NCBI RefSeq assembly: GCF_009914755.1
Contig: NC_060929.1
Source of the DNA: the human T2T-CHM13v2.0 reference genome, Homo sapiens
Direction: 5' to 3' (one strand)
DNA: 64,000 bases
The notes under the pieces: generated by a model
The model's database searches: none
The model's input: only the letters and a program-made list of their open reading frames with translations
Told to the model about the DNA's origin: nothing
Translations under genes and position numbers: made by a program
Shown here: piece by piece, positions 59,790 to 64,000 of the stretch
How positions within the stretch are numbered: the stretch's first letter is position 1
Layout of the letters: every line of letters starts with the position of its first letter

Positions 59790-60190
59790 TGTATATTAGT
59801 TTGCTAGGGCTACCATAACAAAATATCACAGACTAGGTGGCATAAACAACATAGATTTGTTTCCTCACATTTCTGGAAGCTTGAGATCACAGTGTCAACA
59901 GATTGGTTTATCTGAGGCCTCTCCCCTTGGCTTGCAGCTGACTGCCTCCTCCCCACCCACTCACATGGTCGTTCTTCTGTGTATGCGCACCCTTGACATC
60001 TCTTTCATGTCTAAATTTCCTCTTCTTATAAGGACACCAGGCAGATTGGGTGACGGCCAATTTTCACTGCCTCATCTTAACTTAATCACCTCTTTAAATG
60101 GCCCATCTCTAATTACAGTCATATTCTGAGGTACTGGGGGTTAAGGCTTTAACATATGAATTTTAGCATAACACAGGTCAGCCCATAACA
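59790..60190 (-). mobile_element. MLT1A/B-like LTR
   Basis: tattagtttgctagggctaccataacaaaat..tctgaggcctctccccttggcttgcag..cttataaggacacc..ttctgaggtactgggggtta..gcccataaca. Confidence 0.87.
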
Positions 60191-60194
60191 TAGT

Positions 60195-60420
60195 GCTGAA
60201 TAAACTATCCCAAAACTTAGTAGCTTAAAACAACAGTCATTTATTTTGCTCAGAAATCTAATTTGGGCAGGGCTCAGCAGGGACGGCTTATCTCTGTTCC
60301 AGGCAGTATAACATGAAGAGACTGAACTGGCATTGGAGAATCCACTCTCACGGTGGTTCGCTACCATGGCTGGCAAGTCAGTGCTGGTTGGTTGTCAACA
60401 GGGCATTCAGGGACAGGGCC
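60195..60420 (-). mobile_element. Older MLT1 LTR fragment
   Basis: cccaaaacttagtagcttaaaacaaca..tttgggcagggctcagcagggacggctt..catggctggcaagt. Confidence 0.7.
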
Positions 60421-61648
60421 ATGGGCTGAAAACCTCAGAATATCAGCACGATCAGTCAATGCTGTTGGGTATTGGAAAAAAAGCAATTCATGCTTCTCGT
60501 CTGACATTTCTAAGCTTCCTACCACAGCACTCAGGAGAGTGACTGGCATGAAGTAGGTGCTAAATAATTACGAGTTTTTAAGTGCCCAGAGAAGATGTAC
60601 TCAACAGGGAGAGTTAAGAGGTTCCGGACTTGATACCCTCTCTCTCCTAGCATGCAGCATCAGCAACTGATTTCAAACATGATGTCGGGAAGATAATCAC
60701 GTGTTGTTTTGAAAATCACTCCAAGGTGGTTCTGATAAGCTCCAAGCCCCCATAAAGATGAACGCTACAGCCTCGATTTACAAAAGGCCAGCAGCTCCTG
60801 CTAGAAATCCAGGAGATCCTCCTCTGATGCATACACTGTTAGGGAACGACTGTTTTGTCTTCCTGTAGATGCTAGGCAACCAACATTACTTAGATTATCC
60901 TAGGAGGGTATGATTTACATATCTTTTTTGAATCAATTAATTCTGATAAAAAGTGGGCTTTCATATGTAAACTTAAATCTTGCATTGAATATTTATAGAA
61001 CAATAAGCCATGAGTAAGTGCAATGCTTTTAAATTATTCCTTTTTATCTTCAATTGTTTATACAGGTTTAACGGCAACAATCTTAACTAACAACAAGTAA
61101 TGCCCTGGCTATTTATTGTACCATCGCATACTGATATATCTTTGCCAGATAATGTTTACTCAAAACTCAGGAAACTCATGTTAAAACTTGCCTCGTTCTA
61201 GCACTCCCTCTTCCTCAGATCTTTTTAAGACAAAAGATTTACAAATTAAGACCCTTCAGCTGACTCAAGCTCAGCCTGATTTAATCCTCAATAGCCAGTC
61301 TTACAAAATTCTCCTAAAATGCTTTGACACCCTTACCAATGTTATTTGCTTGCTTTTACCCCAGCCCCTATGCTTTACCATGTTTACTGAAGAAATTCTG
61401 AGTAGTTTTTAACCAGACTGCTTAATCCATGAGTTAACTCTCAGGAAAATCCTGTGGTTTTAGTCAGACAAAATTAAGATTTTTTTCCCATCCTGTATGG
61501 GAATTGAAATCACTTGCCCATGCCCAGTGTACAAGTAAAGACCACTGTTTTTGGTATTTTCTATGGTATAAGGAGTGTCATGATACCAAAGAGATATGTC
61601 AACTTCCTCGCTACTGTTAACATGGGAGGAAAAAAAGAGGAGGGAATC

Positions 61649-62005
<357 letters not shown>

Positions 62006-62514
62006 CTAATTTAAACAAATACATGTTAGATTATTCATACATTTTTAGAAAATAAGTAAATCACACGTTAAATTTTTCAGAATTGAGGAAATTCATGTAA
62101 ACCTTAGAAAAAGTAATTCCTTAAGTTAAACAGTAGCAGCCATGCAATGCGGACCTTGTGGTTCTGTTCACGTCGTCTGACGTGTATTGTGTTTTTCCCT
62201 TGTCCAGTGTGTCTCTAATACAGTCTTCAACATGTGGGCTATTAGCAACCACCACCATAAAACTGTTTCTCAATACTGAGATGGTCCCTTTACTGAGGAA
62301 AGCCCAGCACATTCCCACTGCTGCCTGGTGTGGGCTTCACGCTCCTCTCTATTAGGAGAATGTGGTTCTGAGCCGCATCAGGTGTTCTGGTCATGTGAAT
62401 TCTTCAGCCACATGGAGAGCGTGAGGCACCATCTGACAGCACTCCAGGGTTGTGCAGGGCTGTCAGTACCGGGCTCCTGTTGTGGGGAGGTGAAGGTTAT
62501 GCAGGGCCTATCTC

Positions 62515-63056
62515 ATTATTTTTTTATTTTATTTTTTTAAGTTCCAGGGTACAGATGCAGGTTTGTTACATATGTAAATGTGTGCCATGGTGGTTTGCTT
62601 CACCTATCAACCTATCACCTAGGTATTAGGCTCAACATGCATTAGCTCTTTATCCTAATGCTCTCCCAGCCTGCCCCCTGGACAGGACCCAGTGTGTGTT
62701 GTTCCCCTCCCTGTGTCCATGTGTTCTCATTGTTCAGTTCCCACTTAGAGGAGAGAACATGAGGTGTTTGGTTTTCTGTTCCTGTGTTAATTTGCTGAGG
62801 ATAATGACTTCCAGCTTCACTCAAGTCCCTGCAAAGGACATGATCTTGTTCCTTTTTATGGCTGCGTAGTATTCTATGGTGTATATGTACCACATTTTCT
62901 TTATCCAGTTTATCATTGATGGGCATTTGGGTTGATTCCATGTCTTTGCTACTGTGAATAGTGCTGCAATGAACATACATGTACATGTGTCTTTATAACA
63001 GAATGATTTATATTCTTTTGGGTATGCACCCAATAATAGGATTGCAGGGTCAAATC
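62515..63056 (-). mobile_element. 5'-truncated older primate L1 (L1PA8-10-like) 3' end
   Basis: ORF 62821-63033 is the L1 ORF2 C-terminus (YKDTCTCMFIAALFTVAKTWNQPKCPS..WYIYTIEYYAAIK), followed by an L1PA 3'UTR and T-rich tail. Confidence 0.92.
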
Positions 63057-63201
63057 GATCTCACCATTAACTTTGGCTTCTAAGCATGTATGTGTTCCAG
63101 GCTGGAACTTTGCCTCTCTCACTGTCTGGACTGAGAATGGAGGCTGAGTGATAGCAGAAACCAGAAATCTGCTTCTTTTGTGTCACAGGGGTCTGGTGGC
63201 C

Positions 63202-63661
63202 TGACAGAGCCCCCCTCCTTGACAAAGCTTTAGTCAGGTTCCTATAAGCCTTCTTCTCAATGAGAGCTCAATCTTGACTCTGTCCTTGCTAAGACCAGTT
63301 TTGGCAAGAATACTGATAATTTAGTTTAGAGAGAACTCCCACCTTTGATATCTGATTCCCCTTAATGTCTGATCAAGTTCCTCATCCTTCACAATACTCC
63401 AGGTTATATCTGCTGCCCCAGCAAGAATCCTGTTAGATTAGCAAAGAACCATCTCCCCTTGAGGCCCCCTCTTGGTAATTTTTCATCCACTGACCCCACC
63501 CACCACTGCCTTCCTCCTTAGCTTTAAGTCCCCACTTTTCCTTGTTGTATTCAGAATGAAGCCCAGTTCTATAGTGAAATCTCTCTTCCCCTATTGCAAT
63601 AGTTTCTGAATAAAATCTGGTTTTGCTGCTTTAACTACTGTCCAGCTCTGGTTCTTTCACA
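63202..63661 (+). mobile_element. MER31-like ERV1 solo LTR
   Basis: tgacagag..ctccttgacaaagctttagtcagg..gcaagaatcctgtta..gtaatttttcatccactgacccc..ctattgcaatagt..aataaaatct. Confidence 0.75.
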
Positions 63662-64000
63662 AGCCCCAGTCTAAAAGTGTTCCTGAAAAAGAGCAGAAGA
63701 TCAAAGACAAGGGAGAAGAGTTCTGGAAAAGACTAGAGGATAAACACAAAAGTGTATGAATACTAGTGACAGGTGCTGATCAATATCTACTACCCCTTAA
63801 ATTTGGAGACCCAAAAGCCAGAATGAGGGGGATTTTTCCCACTTCCCTCCAGAAAATAGACAGCTGGCCCCTCTGCAACAACCTCTTATGACTGCAGTAG
63901 AATGAAACGAAAGAATGGCAGGTTTGGGTACAGGGAGCCTGAGATACCGCTCCTTCCTTTTGCTCCAATTCTTACCTCCGCTTCCCTCTCAACCAGAATC

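Noticed and set aside
62642-63033. L1 ORF2 C-terminal peptide as a coding gene
   Set aside because: It belongs to a ~540-bp 5'-truncated L1 fossil with no promoter or RT domain.

Overview
This is primate, almost certainly human, genomic DNA, and nearly all of it is intronic. The only convincing coding feature is a 133-bp internal exon on the minus strand (14922-15054). It encodes [44 protein letters not shown], the start of the armadillo domain of delta-catenin (CTNND2), so the window lies inside two very large CTNND2 introns. The rest is a typical repeat landscape: about 15 Alus, a 2.2-kb THE1D LTR-internal-LTR element with a target-site duplication (TSD), many MaLR/ERV solo LTRs, a young L1PA2-type 3' stub, L2/MIR remnants, hAT MITEs and microsatellites. 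The other ORF-track entries look like repeat or chance artefacts. I see no evidence of a new multi-gene system. The best leads are all hypotheses. One is a 132-nt candidate poison/cryptic exon directly upstream of a 1.1-kb UG-rich tract (TDP-43-type layout). Another is a sense-oriented THE1D LTR with an intact DUX4 motif and splice donor upstream of the exon. A third is a dispersed 462-bp duplication at about 95% identity. Repeat subfamily names come from my recall of consensus sequences, and most repeat boundaries are approximate.
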